Part shown: piece by piece, positions 1-14,418 of the stretch
Numbering within the stretch: position 1 is the first letter of the stretch
How the letters are laid out: every line of letters begins with the position of its first letter
Assembly: GCA_051294905.1 (NCBI GenBank)
Contig: CM119372.1
Span: forward strand, 15,068,001 to 15,132,000
Reading direction: 5' to 3'
Origin: Botryllus schlosseri
Taxonomy: Eukaryota
Length of the DNA: 64,000 nucleotides
Made by a program: the position numbers and the translations under genes
Notes under the pieces: generated by a model
The model's database searches: none
The model's input: the letters and a program-made list of their open reading frames with translations, nothing else
What the model was told of the DNA's origin: nothing

Positions 1-695
1 TGGATTGTGATGGCGCCGCGGGCCGCAGCACCAATAATAGCGGTACTCAATGTATTTGCAAATAGGCGCTGTTTAACGGGACCTTGTAGACTGGCATTTC
101 ATACAGATCGTGAAAATGTGATTTACTATTGTGAATTCACGCCTAGCCCGAAAACATTACATTTTTAAATATATGAATAAATTTGTTGTTGTACTTGGCA
201 TCGTGTGTCAAAAGAATTAGGTATAGACACCGTGTGATGGTATACATGCATCATGGCATCGTAAAATCTGTCGGGTTATAATTTTGCATCCAGCGGACAT
301 ATTGACGTGCCACAATATTATATGTAGAATTGTAGGCCTCAGTAGAATATTTTAGAATTGACCAAAGATTGATCTGATATCAGAGCATAGAAGCAGCATA
401 GCCGAATCTGGGTTTTCGGCGGGGGTCACCATCACGCGGCCCGCCAAGTCATACTCGGCGGCCCGCGGCCTGATTTGAGATTTCGGAAGAAAGCTAAGAA
501 ATCCAATTTGAAATGCTGAAATTGACCACAGTTTCCACATGTTGTTGTTGTTGTTCAAAACAAGCTATTCTCCTGTGCGCAACATCACTATTCGTCACTA
601 GCTAAAACGGCTGTGGTGATGGCAACAGCATATTGACTTGACTTGCAATGACCCAAACACTGCCTAAACCGAGATGCTTAGAAATGGCTTAGGGC

Positions 696-976
696 AGTGG
701 TTCCCAAACTGGGGAGCGCGAAAGCATCTGTAGGGGAGGCGGAGATGCGCTCAACTGAAAATATTTTCGCGCTCCTCGCGATTTACTTGAGATTCATAGT
801 TATTGCTCCGTGTATAGTCCGGAATTCATCTTATAGAATTCTCTAATCAACAGTCATAACCTTCCACGCCATCAAACTACCTGTTGGGATTGCTAGCATT
901 CTGGTTGCATTGAGTGATATGACGATTTTTCAGTATCATAAAGGGGGGCGTTTTCAAAAAAGCTTAAGAACGACTG
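696..976. mobile_element. hAT (Charlie-like) MITE
   Basis: Starts CAGTGGTTCCCAAAC and ends in degenerate AAGAACGACTG. 8-bp TSD GCTTAGGG on both sides. Internal sequence resembles 49560-49876 in inverted orientation. Confidence 0.8.
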
Positions 977-3171
977 GCTTAGGGCTTCTCCACAAGATCA
1001 AGCTTTACGTGGAGATGATTTTTCAGCTAGTAACGTATCTCGCTGGTCCCAATATATCGATTCCTTAGTCGCTGAAAAGCGTTTCTGGGTGTCGTACACA
1101 GCTCGCAGTTCAAAATAAAACAAAATTGATGAAAATGGTGTTTTGTTGTACTTGGATTGCTTTAATAAAATATTATTTCTTTTGTGGTCAATATGTCCAT
1201 CGCCTATGTTAGGTATCTCACGGTTGTACTGAAGCAGAGTTCTAGAACGTGCATGGGTGCCTATTTGACATCGATATCGAATTCGTGCGGCCCGCGGCCA
1301 TTACAAAATTTGAAAAGTGGCCCGCGACCAGTTTTGAGTTGGCGACCCCTGGTTTACGGCATACTCCTGATAACTATAAGCTATTGATCATGTCATTACC
1401 AAAGTCAAATTGAAACAGCTATATATAAATTTACCTTCGAATATTGGAACAGGACATAGGAATAGAAATGTCCAATCGCCGAAGAATCCATTGGTGTTAG
1501 AGCTGTGGAGCGTATACCTCTACCTTACTCGCCATCTTTGATTGGCGATAATAACATGGATGAAGAGACCCAAGATGACGCAGTATGTAACTAACTATAC
1601 AACAGGGGGAAACAGAATGCCTATGATTGCCATACCGGCCTGCTTAGCTACCTAAATATGCTACGCAACGCAAGCTACGACCTTTTTATATATTTCTATT
1701 CCCCATTACAGTCTGATAGTTTGTTGCATCCGTGGTTGTATAGCAAGTCACTGCGTTCCGAGTCACAAGTCTTTATTTGATCGTAACGTTTGACCCGACT
1801 GAACTCGAGTAATTTTAATTTTATCACCCATTCGGTCCGAGTTCAAATAGGCTAATTCTACAAAAGGTCCAAATCACAATTTTCAATCCCAAATCATCAG
1901 TAGGTCAAGTTTTACCATCATAAACAGGTAATGTGACGTAATAGCTGACCTTCCACTGCAGGCTAACTTTTCAAAGTGATATGATAGTGACGTTTAATGA
2001 GTAGTTTCCGGTTTTTGGAGAGGTTTTAGAGCGAATATGAAGTTCTCAAATCGAAAAAAAGGTATGTGGCGGTTAAATATTGTCGAATACTTCAGAATCC
2101 AAAATGCCGACGCGAGCCGCACAAAATGAACTCGCGGGCAGCATCGGGTCGCGTGTTTGAGACCTCTGTGTTAGAGTAACAATATGCACGAGAATGACTT
2201 TCAATTCACAGGCATACACAAACAAGAATTATTTTGTAAACGAATATGGGCGCAAATACCATTTATGTTAAAGGATGACGTGATTTTGCGCGTCTGGTCG
2301 AGAGACGAGTCGTAACTCGGCGCAGTGTTGTATACTGTAGGCTATATAGAAGGGTTGAATTCATAATTATATATATCATTGCTGCATCCATGCAACCAAT
2401 GAATAGCTATTGAATAAATTCGTACCCATCCTTATATACATGCAATTAAAAGATTCAATATCGATGGCTACATAAAGGTGACAGGTACTAACTCTGGCCA
2501 AGGCTAGCCTCGTTTCAAATTAATAAAGCTGTTGCAGACAGCAAGGCAAATAAAAATGAGAGGATTCGTTATTTGGAAGACATCATACGAACAGAGTTCA
2601 ATCGAAAATATTGCTTGCCTGTCTTCAGCATCTGGTTCGCCGGACAATATTCTCGATCGAATAGACGACATGGCGTTTAATAGACAGTTTGGCGAAGCAC
2701 TTCACTATGGTAAGCACGCGATACAAATATTACAAAATAAACCGCTAGGTGGGATACATCAGTATCATTATGACGTCATAGAGACATACAGTTCTCGCCA
2801 GCTACTTCTAATGTAAACAATTTGGTAAGCTTTGATGAGCTTTTCTTGTAAATAGGCCCACATTTATGATGTTTTTCGACTGCAATGATCATTTGCACCA
2901 AACCGATATCCTACATTATCAATCCATATCTGCCGACTTGTAGCACGTCCCACATCTAGAGTCAGTGACTCACCAGTCGTGAACCTCACCGCATGTCAGT
3001 GGTACAGGCACAACTAAAACGCCATAAAGGACGCGAAACCTAGAGCTGGTCTTCTGAGAGCCGTTAGAGCTGGTCTTCTGAGAGTCAAGTTGGAAAAATG
3101 ACTAACAGTTTATCTGGTGAAAATTTTCAAATGAACCGTTTTCTAGTACGATATTACAATAGGGTTACCAT

Positions 3172-3330
3172 CAGGGCTGTGGAGTCGGTCAATTTTACCA
3201 CCGACTCCAACTCCGACTTCACAGATTTTCAATGGACCGACTCCGACTCCTAAGTCTGTAAGCGTACCGACTCCGACTCCGGCTCCGACTCCGACGTCTT
3301 TAAACCTATATACCGACTCCGACTCCAACA
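3172..3330. mobile_element. End of a hAT-type MITE with CCGACT subterminal repeats
   Basis: CAGGGCTGTGGAGTCGG terminus followed by arrays of CCGACTCCGACT. Partner end not found. Confidence 0.55.
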
Positions 3331-5445
3331 GTATTGCCAATTTACTTCGAAAATTATATGCCGCAGTGACGGTTAAATGACTATCATATAACCATTAAAC
3401 ATATGCAAACATTCGAATAACGATGGCATGCAAAATTGTTTCATTGTGGCACAGCTCGAATTATGCACTATGTATGAAAGATTGTTTTTCTAAATATCCT
3501 TCCTTTTTTCATGTTTTATCAGGTTTTATAACATGGACCCTCTAATAACCTAATATGTATGAATCATTCAAACACGACATATATCCCATCCTGTATAATT
3601 GAAATGTAGATAAAACAATCGAAGTGTTGATACATCTTACTAATTTTCTCATTACACACAGTACTGATTACAAGCACACACATTCTGATTACTAATAGAC
3701 AATGGTCATTCACGTAATTTAGGAAGTAGTCAAATATAGCATATGTCTAGTCTACATGCACTTCGTCAAGTATCCAAGGACTAGGACCTGCAGTCTTTCT
3801 TAATCATTTGTTCGACCCAACCAACTAAGCTACACTAAAATATTTTTAATTATTTACATCAATTTTACAACCAGACGATATATTTGCTCTGTCATAATAT
3901 CATGGTATAATTCCAAAAATTGCATCAAATTGTGACTACATCGTGAAGATGCATATTGCTTCTTTCTTCCTGTATGCAACTGAATTGTAATTTGCAAATA
4001 TTGTCCAATTCTATCAATGTCAGGGGTGGCCAACCTTTTCGGCCAAAGAGCCACATGAGATTTACGAACCATTGCGCGGGCAACTTGAATGTTGATTACC
4101 TTTTTTAGTCGTCCGATAGGAACGATCCTAATGAGATAACATTAAAAACAAGACTTATATGACTACGCTTTAAAATTGATAACAATTATGTCATGAAATC
4201 TCCGTGTGCAACCGTACAGTGTGCACTGTGCAGTCATCCCCGGATTGTCCTTGATCTGGGGATTATCAACGAAAAACTCAAATAGGTCCCCTTCTACTAG
4301 TTGGAATTGAGTCAAATTTGTTTTTCAGCGTATTTGAAGACAACTTAACAATTTCATGGGGTTGACAGAAAAATTTGAATTTTTTTTTCCTAATAAATTA
4401 AAAATTTCAATTGAAGATTGCACGACCTGATCATTTAGTCGAGTGAAATTTGGAATTTTTTTAAACAACCCTACTGTCGACGGATTAGGAAATCAACGTT
4501 ACATGGTCGTATCTTTCTTTATCCCATCAAGTCGATTCGCCTAGTGATTAGCCTACTGATTAGCGTGGTCAGTAACGAATTACTTCTACTTTTTCGCAGT
4601 AGTTTTGCTCTACTTGTAGCTTTTACCCAAGTAAATCCTTCATAGATCTATTTATGCATGACTCTTTTGTACTCCTTGCAGGGATGAATTGGTAAGTTCA
4701 GGGAATCCTGCATCATAGGAGTTGGTGATCAATTACAAAAATTAAAGCACTGAAGAACATTGCTATATAGAAATAGAATCACGAGATTCACAAACGAGCG
4801 GGAATAGGTAAGCCGAACCAAGAAGTAAAACATTTTTTGTTTCTAATGGCTTATACGCACCAAAATCGGAATAATTACATTTAAATATCAATGGATATTA
4901 GCGGTCTAGACGCGCCAAGAGCGAATTATTTATGTTCTTTAATAAATTGTCAATAATATACGTTTTCGCTTAGATTACTGTTATTTTTTAGTCATGTCTC
5001 AGTCCACGTGATCAGATACACCAGTGGTGTTGAAGTGGCTGGTGTATTGGAAAATTTAGGGCACTTCTCCTGTACTACATTTACAATTTTCACACAAAAG
5101 ATCGTGCTAATCGCGAGGATTTTTAGTTGCAAGAAATTCAGCACGTACAAACCAAAAAATCTCTCTGGTGGGTCGCGACCGAAATTTAGACCCTTCGCCA
5201 CCGTTTGGGCCGCGAACCCCTGCCCTATAACTTTCACAAGCCTTGAACTTGATTGGTGTGTAAGTAATGGACTTTACGGAATGAGAAATTCAATGCTGTT
5301 GCTATAAAAACCTATACTTTTTAATAATGAGGAAGACACACTGACCGATTAGGCTATTTTTTACAGGAGCGCTGGGCTTATATATATCATTAATGTTTCT
5401 ATGCAACCAATGAATAACTATTGAATAAATACGAATACATCCTTA

Positions 5446-8026
5446 CATAGGCTCCGACTTTTATTTTTTTACGAGGTGGCGAAGTCTTGTGACGTCATGA
5501 TTGTTCCATATCGATGACGTCATCGTCGCACTAAAACGCACTTTACTACATGCTGCTGGTGTACCTGCAGCGTTAAACCATTCGTGTGACGTTTTAATAC
5601 TGGCCCTGCACTCATTAATATCAAAACATGCAGTCGAGTTATTAAATGGAATCTTTAAACGGTACGATCATTCGAAAGTGTAACTGCAGCCTGCGCTACC
5701 AGTCCGTCCGACGGAATGCATCGATCAAAAATCAGAATTTACGTCACTGAGAATCTGGAATTGCATCAATGTTATTCACTTCACGCGCAACACGCCGTGT
5801 GAGTAACGAAATACACTACGCACTAGCCTGCCAATTAATATACGAAAACTCTGGAATATTTCAAGCAGACAATAATGATGATTACAAACGCAAATTCGCT
5901 CACCCATCAGTAATTGTCTCTTGCGGTTTCTTGGATTGCTTCGCGTTGACCAACTCGCATCGCGGCAATTATTGGCAGATTAAAAGAGCGATTTGGGCGG
6001 CATTTGTGCATTTCCGATTTACGTTCACAAAGCATTTCGGGAGTACATCGGTCATTTCGTAAATTCAATTTGCATGTCGACGGCCGCCAACACGTACTGA
6101 TTGAATTACGTCTTTACGTGTTGACTGCCGCTGGTTGGCCACCACTGGGCTAGAATTAATTCCACTTCCGGGCGCATGCCGCGATCTTATCAATAGAAAT
6201 CCACTGTGTACCTAATAGTTTAATATTCGATATTGTTGTTCACGATACGAGTACATCCAGCAATCAAGTTTACCGGAATGTAGAAGGTGCCCTGCTCGAA
6301 CGAATCGAATAAAATCAAAATCTGTGCCACCCAGGATCTTGTGATGCATCAATATTTGATAATGGCATGGCATGGCCATTCACGTTAATAATGAAAGGAA
6401 CACTGAAAAATGACTTTGTGCGACAATTTCGGAGTACGAATGTATCAAGTAGATAACGAGAAATATGGATACCGAGATGGCAAACGAGAAAGCGTGTATA
6501 ATCAGTATCGCCACGAATGGGTTTGAGTCTGACACCGTATTGAGTAGCTTTCGTTGCGACAATTGTTTTCTCATTATATCGATGTTTAAGCTGTATTGCT
6601 GCATTTCCCGAATAATGTCACTGGCAAAACATTGTAGAGAAACCAATCTGCGCAGAAATGAATTCCAATTTGCAGGCACACGCCAACACATCATTCAATT
6701 TCGCGATCCGATTACCAAGACTATCACGAAGCTAGCTAGCTCACGAATGGTTTTGTAAACGAATACGAGCGCACATAATTTAGATGTCAGAAAGGCAGAA
6801 CGTCTATTTGGGCGCCTGATCGAGAGAAGAGATCCAGGGTGGTGCTTCTAAGCACAGGCTAGGCGCGTAGCCATGCAGTCGAAAAATTAGGGGGATTTAG
6901 ATTATTTTCCAATTTACCAATATAGCATCAATTCAAATCGAGTCAAGTACATGTGCATATGGCGATCATATAATCTCTTCGTATTGACGATTTTAGGCGT
7001 ATGATAAGCTTGCCAAAGAGGCGGGGAGTGCTGTCAATTAGCGAGTCCCTGATCTCTGGTGAGCAATTAAATACGCGCGCGTATTACGCAGTCTCGGCGA
7101 CAGATTTCGCAAATCAAAATGTCCGAACTTGATCGCAGCGAGTTCAAACCTTTGTCGTCTTTCAGAACTCAAGCCATGATAAACATCTTCTGATCGTTAC
7201 GTTCAAGTCTTAGCGAGACTAATTTTCGCACGTTAAAGTCTGTTTGCAGCGATTTGATGTTATTCAGTTTCGCGATGTCGCTTTTTAATCAATAATGACA
7301 TAAAACAATCACTAATTAGCGTAAACTCGACCGCATTGTCTCCAAACCAGCCAGAGATAGGAGACAAAGCATGCTATGCCCGAGACGCGATAGTCAGGCC
7401 AGCAATGCAATGAGATCTTTCACACCAGGCCTATTGCCGATACTACTGTGTAGGCAAGCGTGATATCGTGCACATCAGGCCGAAGCCGCCAATGCAGATG
7501 CGATTGCGCAGGCAAGCGATGATATAGTGTGAACTGGGCCTATTGCAGATGCGACTGTTCCAGCCTGCAGAACCAGGCTTGTTCGAGACGCGATAAATTA
7601 GGCTAGCGACGATTGCCACGCGCAGGGGAATGAATGACCTAATTTCGTGACTATTCAGCGGGCGATCATCGCAGACTCTTCTCTCTTGGCAACAGGTTTC
7701 TCGCAAATCAGCCGCGCGGAACACTGATAACGCAATTATTGAATTGCAACTGAATATTAGAGTTAGAATGATCATTTCAAAATGACGGGGATTCACGTTT
7801 CAAATAGAGAAGTTCGACTCGCGAAACCACCGTGGCTACGCCTACGCGCCTGGCACACGCGCGTATCGAAATCGAAGACGTCTGTAACGAGGCCGCATCG
7901 ATTCGCCTGATTAATAATTACTGGTCACAAATCACTTGGGCGTTTGAGCATTTGTACGAGGTGGCCGCCACCTCGTAAATATGATCACGAGGTGGCTACG
8001 AGGTGGCTCGTAAGTCGGCGCCTATG
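5446..8026. mobile_element. 2.6-kb non-autonomous hAT-like element
   Basis: TIRs CATAGGCTCCGACTT / AAGTCGGCGCCTATG, TSD CATCCTTA/CATCCTAA, ACGAGGTGGC subterminal motifs at both ends. An empty-site paralog lies at ~2370-2445. Confidence 0.85.
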
Positions 8027-9517
8027 CATCCTAATATATTATATACCCATGCCATGATGAATCTAATTCCGACCGCCGAGCGGAATAAAGACCTTTAACG
8101 TCAGAGTCCCTACTCACAGATACACATACTATTTGACCACTTGGCCAGTCATCGAATTCACGATATCAAGCGGAAGGGCTATATAAGGAATTGTAAACCA
8201 TTGAAATAGTACAGGAGCCATTATCGCCAGATATCGTCCTGCAGTAAAAATCCGAGTAATCCCCATTACCCCCCCCCAAATACCTACCTACCTTATATAT
8301 ACATACGTCGATTGCTGTATCGAGTTGACTGGTACTTACTCTGGTCGAGGACAGCAAAGCAAATAAAAAGTGAGCTAGGATTCATTATTTCGGGGACATC
8401 ATACGAATAGAATTCAATCGGAAATATTTCTTGCCTGTCGTTACCAGCTGGGTCCTCGGCCGATATTGTAGATCGAATACACGACATGTTTAATAGTTTC
8501 GCGAAGCAGTTCTCTAGGAAACTAGGATAAGCACACGATATAAAAAATATTACAAAAAGACCGCTAGGTGGGAAAGTTCTGCGTCATTATGACGTCACAA
8601 AGACATATAGTTTCCATCAGCTTATTCGGGGTCGGGTGCTAGAATGCTGATTACTGTTTAGCTTAGCTACTGATTACTGATTAGTGGGGAAAATTTTTGC
8701 AACTTTTGCAACTTTTTTGGCACCTTTCGGCAGTCAGAGTTCATGTAGTATCGTGTTTTAAGCTGTTTGTAGGAATTTTATATTGCAACTTTTTGCAACG
8801 TTTGTCTATTTTTATCATGCAACTTTTCACTGTGACTATTATCAAGTATTGCGCAAAATGTGAAGGAGTGATTTAAAAAAACATTCTGTAGAACTATTTC
8901 TAATATGGTTCTATTCTCTTTGATTTGCTTAACAAAGAGCCTGGTGATGGATTAGCTGAATCTCAATGTTATCTTTGACGCAACAGCTGGCTTGCAAGCT
9001 AGAAGTTCAACAATCCCAGCGGCCCAGCCTAGCACGACAGTGGCCGAACTAAATTAGAAGTGGAAATATGACTTGGCTTTGGGCCAAGCCCGCGCAATCG
9101 GCAACAGGTTGTGTCTAGTATTTCGAGGTCAAGTTTTGATATAGATCGCTTGATTAATTCACTACCGCTTAGATTTGAGGTCATTTCCCATTTTACGGAC
9201 GCTCGGGCAAGACCGCCAAAAATACATTTAAAACTGGGTCCACCTTTTCAGACCTATGTGAATCCGCCGGAATATGCTTACGTCATAAATACAAATTTGC
9301 TGATTCATTCTCTCGCCAGTGTTTCGCTCGTCGACGCACGAAATATTCGTCACGGAAATAAAAGATTTCATGCGTTAGTGAGAAAACAAGCACGTGTAGA
9401 GATGCTGAGAGGTCATATAAATATATCTAATAGAATGTTACATTACCTATGGTTGTTAAGCGACGGAGTTGAACGATGAAACCGTATTACTGATAATACT
9501 TGATTAGGGTCAGACTT

Positions 9518-10265
9518 GAACTTTAGCTTTGAATTCAAAATATTCTATTTTAAAATGCCCTTTGCTCGATTATACTCATATATACTGTAGATAAGACCCT
9601 TCTACTGTCCACGACATGTATTGATTTAATCATTTCGTGGAAGGCAAAACCAGCGGAATACTTGTGAGTTGCGAATAATTCACAATGCCGGTAACGCAAC
9701 TAAATGGTTGAAAAAACCGCTAACTTTAAACTAAAAATATCCTACTGTAAAATGCCTTTCGCTTAATTATACTTGTATATGTTGTAGATAACACCTACTG
9801 TCCACGAAATGTAATCATTCAATCAGTACCCCTCGAAGGGAAAGCCAGCGGAATACTTGTAAATTGCGAACAATTCACAATGCCGGTAACACGGCTGAAT
9901 GGTCGCAACTGAATTGTCGTGAAAACTGCTAACTTTGATTTCCAAATATCCTATTTTAAAATGCCTTTCGCTCGATTACACTCATATATGTTGTAGATAA
10001 GACCTTTTACTGTCCAGGAAATGTATTCATTCAATCAGTACCTCGAAGGGAAAGCCAGCGGAATACTTGTAAATTGCGAATAATTCAGAATGCCGGCAAA
10101 GCAACTATAGATGGTCGTGAAAACTGCTAACTTTGAACTCAATATTTCCTATTGTAAAATGCCTTTCGCTCAATTATACTCATATATGTTGTAGATAAGA
10201 CCTTCTACTGTCCAGGAAATGTATTCATTCAATCAGTACCTCGAAGGGAAAGCCAACGGAATACT
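9518..10265. repeat. Tandem repeat, ~200-bp unit, about 3.7 copies
   Basis: The motif AAAATGCCTTTCGCTC..ATACTCATATATG..TAGATAAGACC..TACTGTCCA..GGAAAGCCAGCGGAATACTTGT recurs near 9551, 9748, 9958 and 10156. Confidence 0.9.
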
Positions 10266-11217
10266 GTCTGTCCGGCGGCGATCAACTTCATTGTTATATC
10301 GAAGGTTCCCATTCAAACTAATCGCAGAAAATCAGAATATTCAACGCCGTCAATGAGTACTGAGTAATGTGAACTGAACTAAGCACCATCAAGTGACTTT
10401 ACGTAACAATTCGGGAATACGAGTGTATCAAGCACATAATAATAAATAATCGCCGAAACACCGGACGCGAAGCGCGCCTCCAACCAGTAATTCGTCTCAA
10501 GCATCCAACATAATGGGGTTCTGCGCTGCCATCGCAGTTAGCTAGGGCTGCCATATTTTTGAATTTCTGAAAAGAGTACACTTCATTTTTCAGACTTGCA
10601 ATAGGCTACCGGAGGTAAATCCTGAAAAAATGGTGAATTTTTCCCACTTCGTTGTCGGTTGACTAAAGAAAAAAAGGTCAACTTTCCGGCTCATCTCCCG
10701 AAATATAGTTTTTCTTCAACGTTATCCGTTGGTTGACTAAAAAAAGTCAACTTTCCGGCGCAGCTCTAGAAATAGCCGCCGGAGCGTTACTTCAGTGCAG
10801 ATTTATTGTATCTCAGTCGAATTTTGCCCAATATTTAACCAAAATTCTCAAAAAAGAGGACAAAATCCCCAAAAAGAGGACATTTGGGCGTCCTCCGAGG
10901 ACACTTTCAAAAAAGTGAAAAAGAGAACAAATCCTGCACTTCGCGATTAACGTTCGCGAATGCGAATGCTCAGGAATGCGTTGCAATTCACAGGCATACT
11001 GAATAACACAATGTGTGTGCGGGGTGTCAGTGCCTCTACTGCCTCGCCAGCCATGAACCTCGCCGCACGTATAGCGTACTTCTTGTCGAGTACCAAAATG
11101 AACTACTTTGACCTCTTCTACTGGCCTTCTTTGAAAGCGAGTCGATCCGCTTGTAAGACTCTCAACTTATATGTTTTATAATTTATTATGTTTAAAAAAC
11201 AAAATCTCATCTTATGT

Positions 11218-12074
11218 TCAATAATATATAGACGACGCCAAAGCTGCAGATGTTGGCGGATGCTGAAAAGAAAGAAGAAACATAAAAACGTTTTAATTAA
11301 CATCACAGCGTAATTAAACAACGCAACTGCATTGCAGACCCATCGTTAACTTACTCAGTGATAATCAGTCGATTTGACTTACCGAAAACCAAACTTCGTT
11401 TGCTCGATCCAGCGATTCCATCATTTTACCTGCAGTGCGAACCGCATATTCTTCAATAGACAAATTCATATTCGCTAATGCCAGCTTTATGTCTATCCTC
11501 GGTACACGCTTGCCTGAAATGACAATGAAACAGCAAATAAAATTTATATGATGAGTTTGCTATGTGTTGTATTGCGGTAACAATATGACCCTTCAAAGAA
11601 GTGTATAGGTTACGCAAGATAGGCCCGGTTGACATACAGGCAGTTATTTCGACAAACCTCTTACGATTCCGTCGTGCAAATGGAAAACCGAAATCTATAA
11701 ATTTGAAAATTCCAATAATATCGACAAGCTAATTAACGAACACCAAGGAAAACCAATAGAAGTGTCGCCTAAATGGACAAATTGCAATCTTACAGGCAGC
11801 ACCGGGCATGCAAGGGTGAAAGCACAGTGTGTAATCCCATAATACGTTCAGCCCTTTCAAATCTCGGACATTTCGGCCCGCTGCTTTCAAAAAGCGGTGG
11901 AGCTTGACTTTTTCCGAGGGCTTTAATACTTCAAGTGGAATGGGAACGTTCACACCTGTGAGACAAAAAGTGGCGGTAGTTGTGTTACATCCATTCAAAT
12001 CCTGCTTGCACGACATCGTAACACTTGCATTTCTGGGAATATTCATCAGGATAGTACCCTGGTTTCTTCGGGAT
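11218..12074 (-). CDS. 3' part of an unidentified spliced gene or pseudogene
   Basis: Phase-consistent candidate exons 12074-11794 (..LEVLKPSEKVKLHRFLKAAGRNVRDLKGLNVLWDYTLCFHPC..), 11694-11665 or 11590, 11513-11383 (KRVPRIDIKLALANMNLSIEEYAVRTAGKMMESLDRANEVWFS) and 11262-11218 (HPPTSAALASSIYY*). No recognisable family; the 5' end is unresolved. Confidence 0.45.
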
Positions 12075-13162
12075 CTAAAAAGAAATAGACACTAGTTTAA
12101 GTTTGGGTGATGATTACCGTCCGTTTGCAAATGGAAATCGAGGTGCATCGATGGTTTCCAAACATTAACTGCCACACAGGTGAAGTCATATAGGAAACAC
12201 TGAAAAATCTGTGTTGGTTTCTATTCTGCTGGCAGACATGGTTTGTAATCCAGGTCGGGTCAAATCATAGCCTTGCTATATGCTACCAAGAGCTTTTCGC
12301 AAAAGCCGCCGTGATGTGTAATTAAGATCACACAATATATAGTTTAACAAACATTTGTTCTTTCTAATGCAGTGGTTCCTAACTTAGAGTCCGTGAGAAG
12401 GCATTTGGGGGTCCGTGATTACCTTGTTGATTTTTTTGGGAAAAACGAGAAGCGATCTTTTTACTTTCATTTTCTCTTTAAATGCACATGTGTCAAACTC
12501 AAACATGCCACCATAAACTGTATCGGAATGCAATAAGATAAATAGATGCTGTGGCCAACAGTGTGTAATGTACATTGACCTTACATTACAGTACAATTCT
12601 ACCACTACCATAACGCATGTCGATTAGAGTCAAATCAGGATTACCTCGTCTATTACGTAATAGAAAACATGCAGTTTAGTTAGGAAAGGTAACAACAGCC
12701 TTTATATAAGTCCGGGCGAGGAACAACTCCCACTAAAAACCTCTGGCCCACTTCCCCTGGTGTGGAGATGTTTCTGTATCTTAGTATTATGTAAATTGTT
12801 GATTCAATTTTATTCCAATGGTATATGCAACTCTTGTTCTTTCGTTTGGTCGAATGACAATTTGACACAGTATATAGTATAGTTGACTACCATAATTTTT
12901 ATAAAAGTCAATAGTATAAATGTTAATCGATTTTCAGGCAAAATTTAGGCAGGGGTTCGCAGAATTACTATTTTGTTCAAAGGTTAGGAGCCACTACTGA
13001 CTAGTCTAATAAATAAAGAATCGAATGCGCAAGAACTTCACATATACGAAAAACGTCCTCGAATTTGTACTGCGACAATGATTGGGTCCATGAGTTGAAT
13101 ACGCTTGAGGTGTTATATTAATCCGTAAGCTGTCTACTTTCTCTTCATCTCCGGTTCCGCTA

Positions 13163-14418
13163 CAGGCGCGTATCCCGAGCGCGAAAAATGGGGGGGGGGG
13201 TTGCGTTACGAAATTGGTTTTTATGACGTCATTACTACGATCACTCGTCTCCACGCCTGGCGAATATTTACGATATATTATACTTTAATAATAAAAATAG
13301 ATTTGCGGTGAGTATGAGATGTACGAATACGATACAGTCATTGCCTGAAAATCGCGTTTTATACGGTATGATTGAAAGAAATTCGTAAATGCTCACATTT
13401 AGTCATGAGCCGGCAAACGCCGCCCATGTTCTGTTCAAGCGCCTACTTCCGGCCAGAGATGCGCGATTTTGTTGGGTTTTGACGATATTATGCGTACGGC
13501 CGGTAGTATCGCAGCGGACGAACAAGCGCGGAAGCATAAACGAGGGCGATCGCGATCGCCACAGAGAGGAGTGGTGTGAACAGCGTACGTCGTACACTAA
13601 TATGTGCTTTTCGATGGCTTTACTAGCCGTGCGGCTGAGCGTGTAGTACGCGCGAATATAATTAGACCTTAATTGCAGGCACACAAGTCAGTCAATTAAT
13701 ACAGAGTACACACTGGGATAATAACTTGATCGACTGAGAAACTTGTCAGCCGATATAATTAGGTTAACTTAACTACTAGGCCTACTCAATTCTCCCGTTC
13801 AGCGACAACATAGGCCTGTATTTGGACGACAGCAAGCCACCTAACAATCGGGAACGTGGATTGCTAGGCTTGTATTTTGAAATGTGAATGTCTATCGTAG
13901 GCCACTTCTCGCCAATAACCGCGAAGACAATGTGGATTTGAGAACAGCATTGTCGTACTGGTGCCGCCGTGTCTGCGTCTCGCTGATCAATCAACACGCC
14001 GTGCAATTATTAATTAGGATTTCAAGGCGAGCAGGTGCAGCGAATTCGCGGGTGAGGTTGATTGCCGACAACTTCGTCTTTGCAATTACGTATCGCGACG
14101 GCCAATTAGATTAGATTTTCCTAAAATGCGTCTCTCGTTTTAGCAAGGCTAGGGAAGAAGGTTGAGAACGTCAGCAACTGCCACAGCTGAAATGTAGCTG
14201 AACAAGCGCAGAATTCGTATGGAATTAGCGAAATATAATGACTTATTTTATCCTTTCAACTAATTCGGCGCATAATTTCCATATTTTGTAGGGGTTTTAG
14301 TCCCCATAAATAAACTAATAAATTAGCAATTATTAGAGGCTATATTTGACATCAATTTTTAGTATTTTGAAAAGGAGGGGTTCCGACCCCCTAACCCCCC
14401 GCCCTGGATACGCCACTG
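13163..14418. mobile_element. Non-autonomous hAT-like element
   Basis: TIRs CAGGCGCGTATCC / GGATACGCCACTG. Perfect TSD TTCCGCTA at 13155-13162 and 14419-14426. Confidence 0.88.

Noticed and set aside
3143..3340. GV-repeat ORF (VGVGAGVGVG)
   Set aside because: It is a translation of CCGACT subterminal repeats of a MITE.
4021..6147. CAGGGGTGGCCAACC and GGTTGGCCACCACTG as the ends of one element
   Set aside because: Flanks give no TSD, and the right end lies inside the separately bounded 5446-8026 element.
9518..10265. Possible CRISPR-like array
   Set aside because: Whole units are homologous with no unique spacers, there are no cas genes, and the context is eukaryotic.
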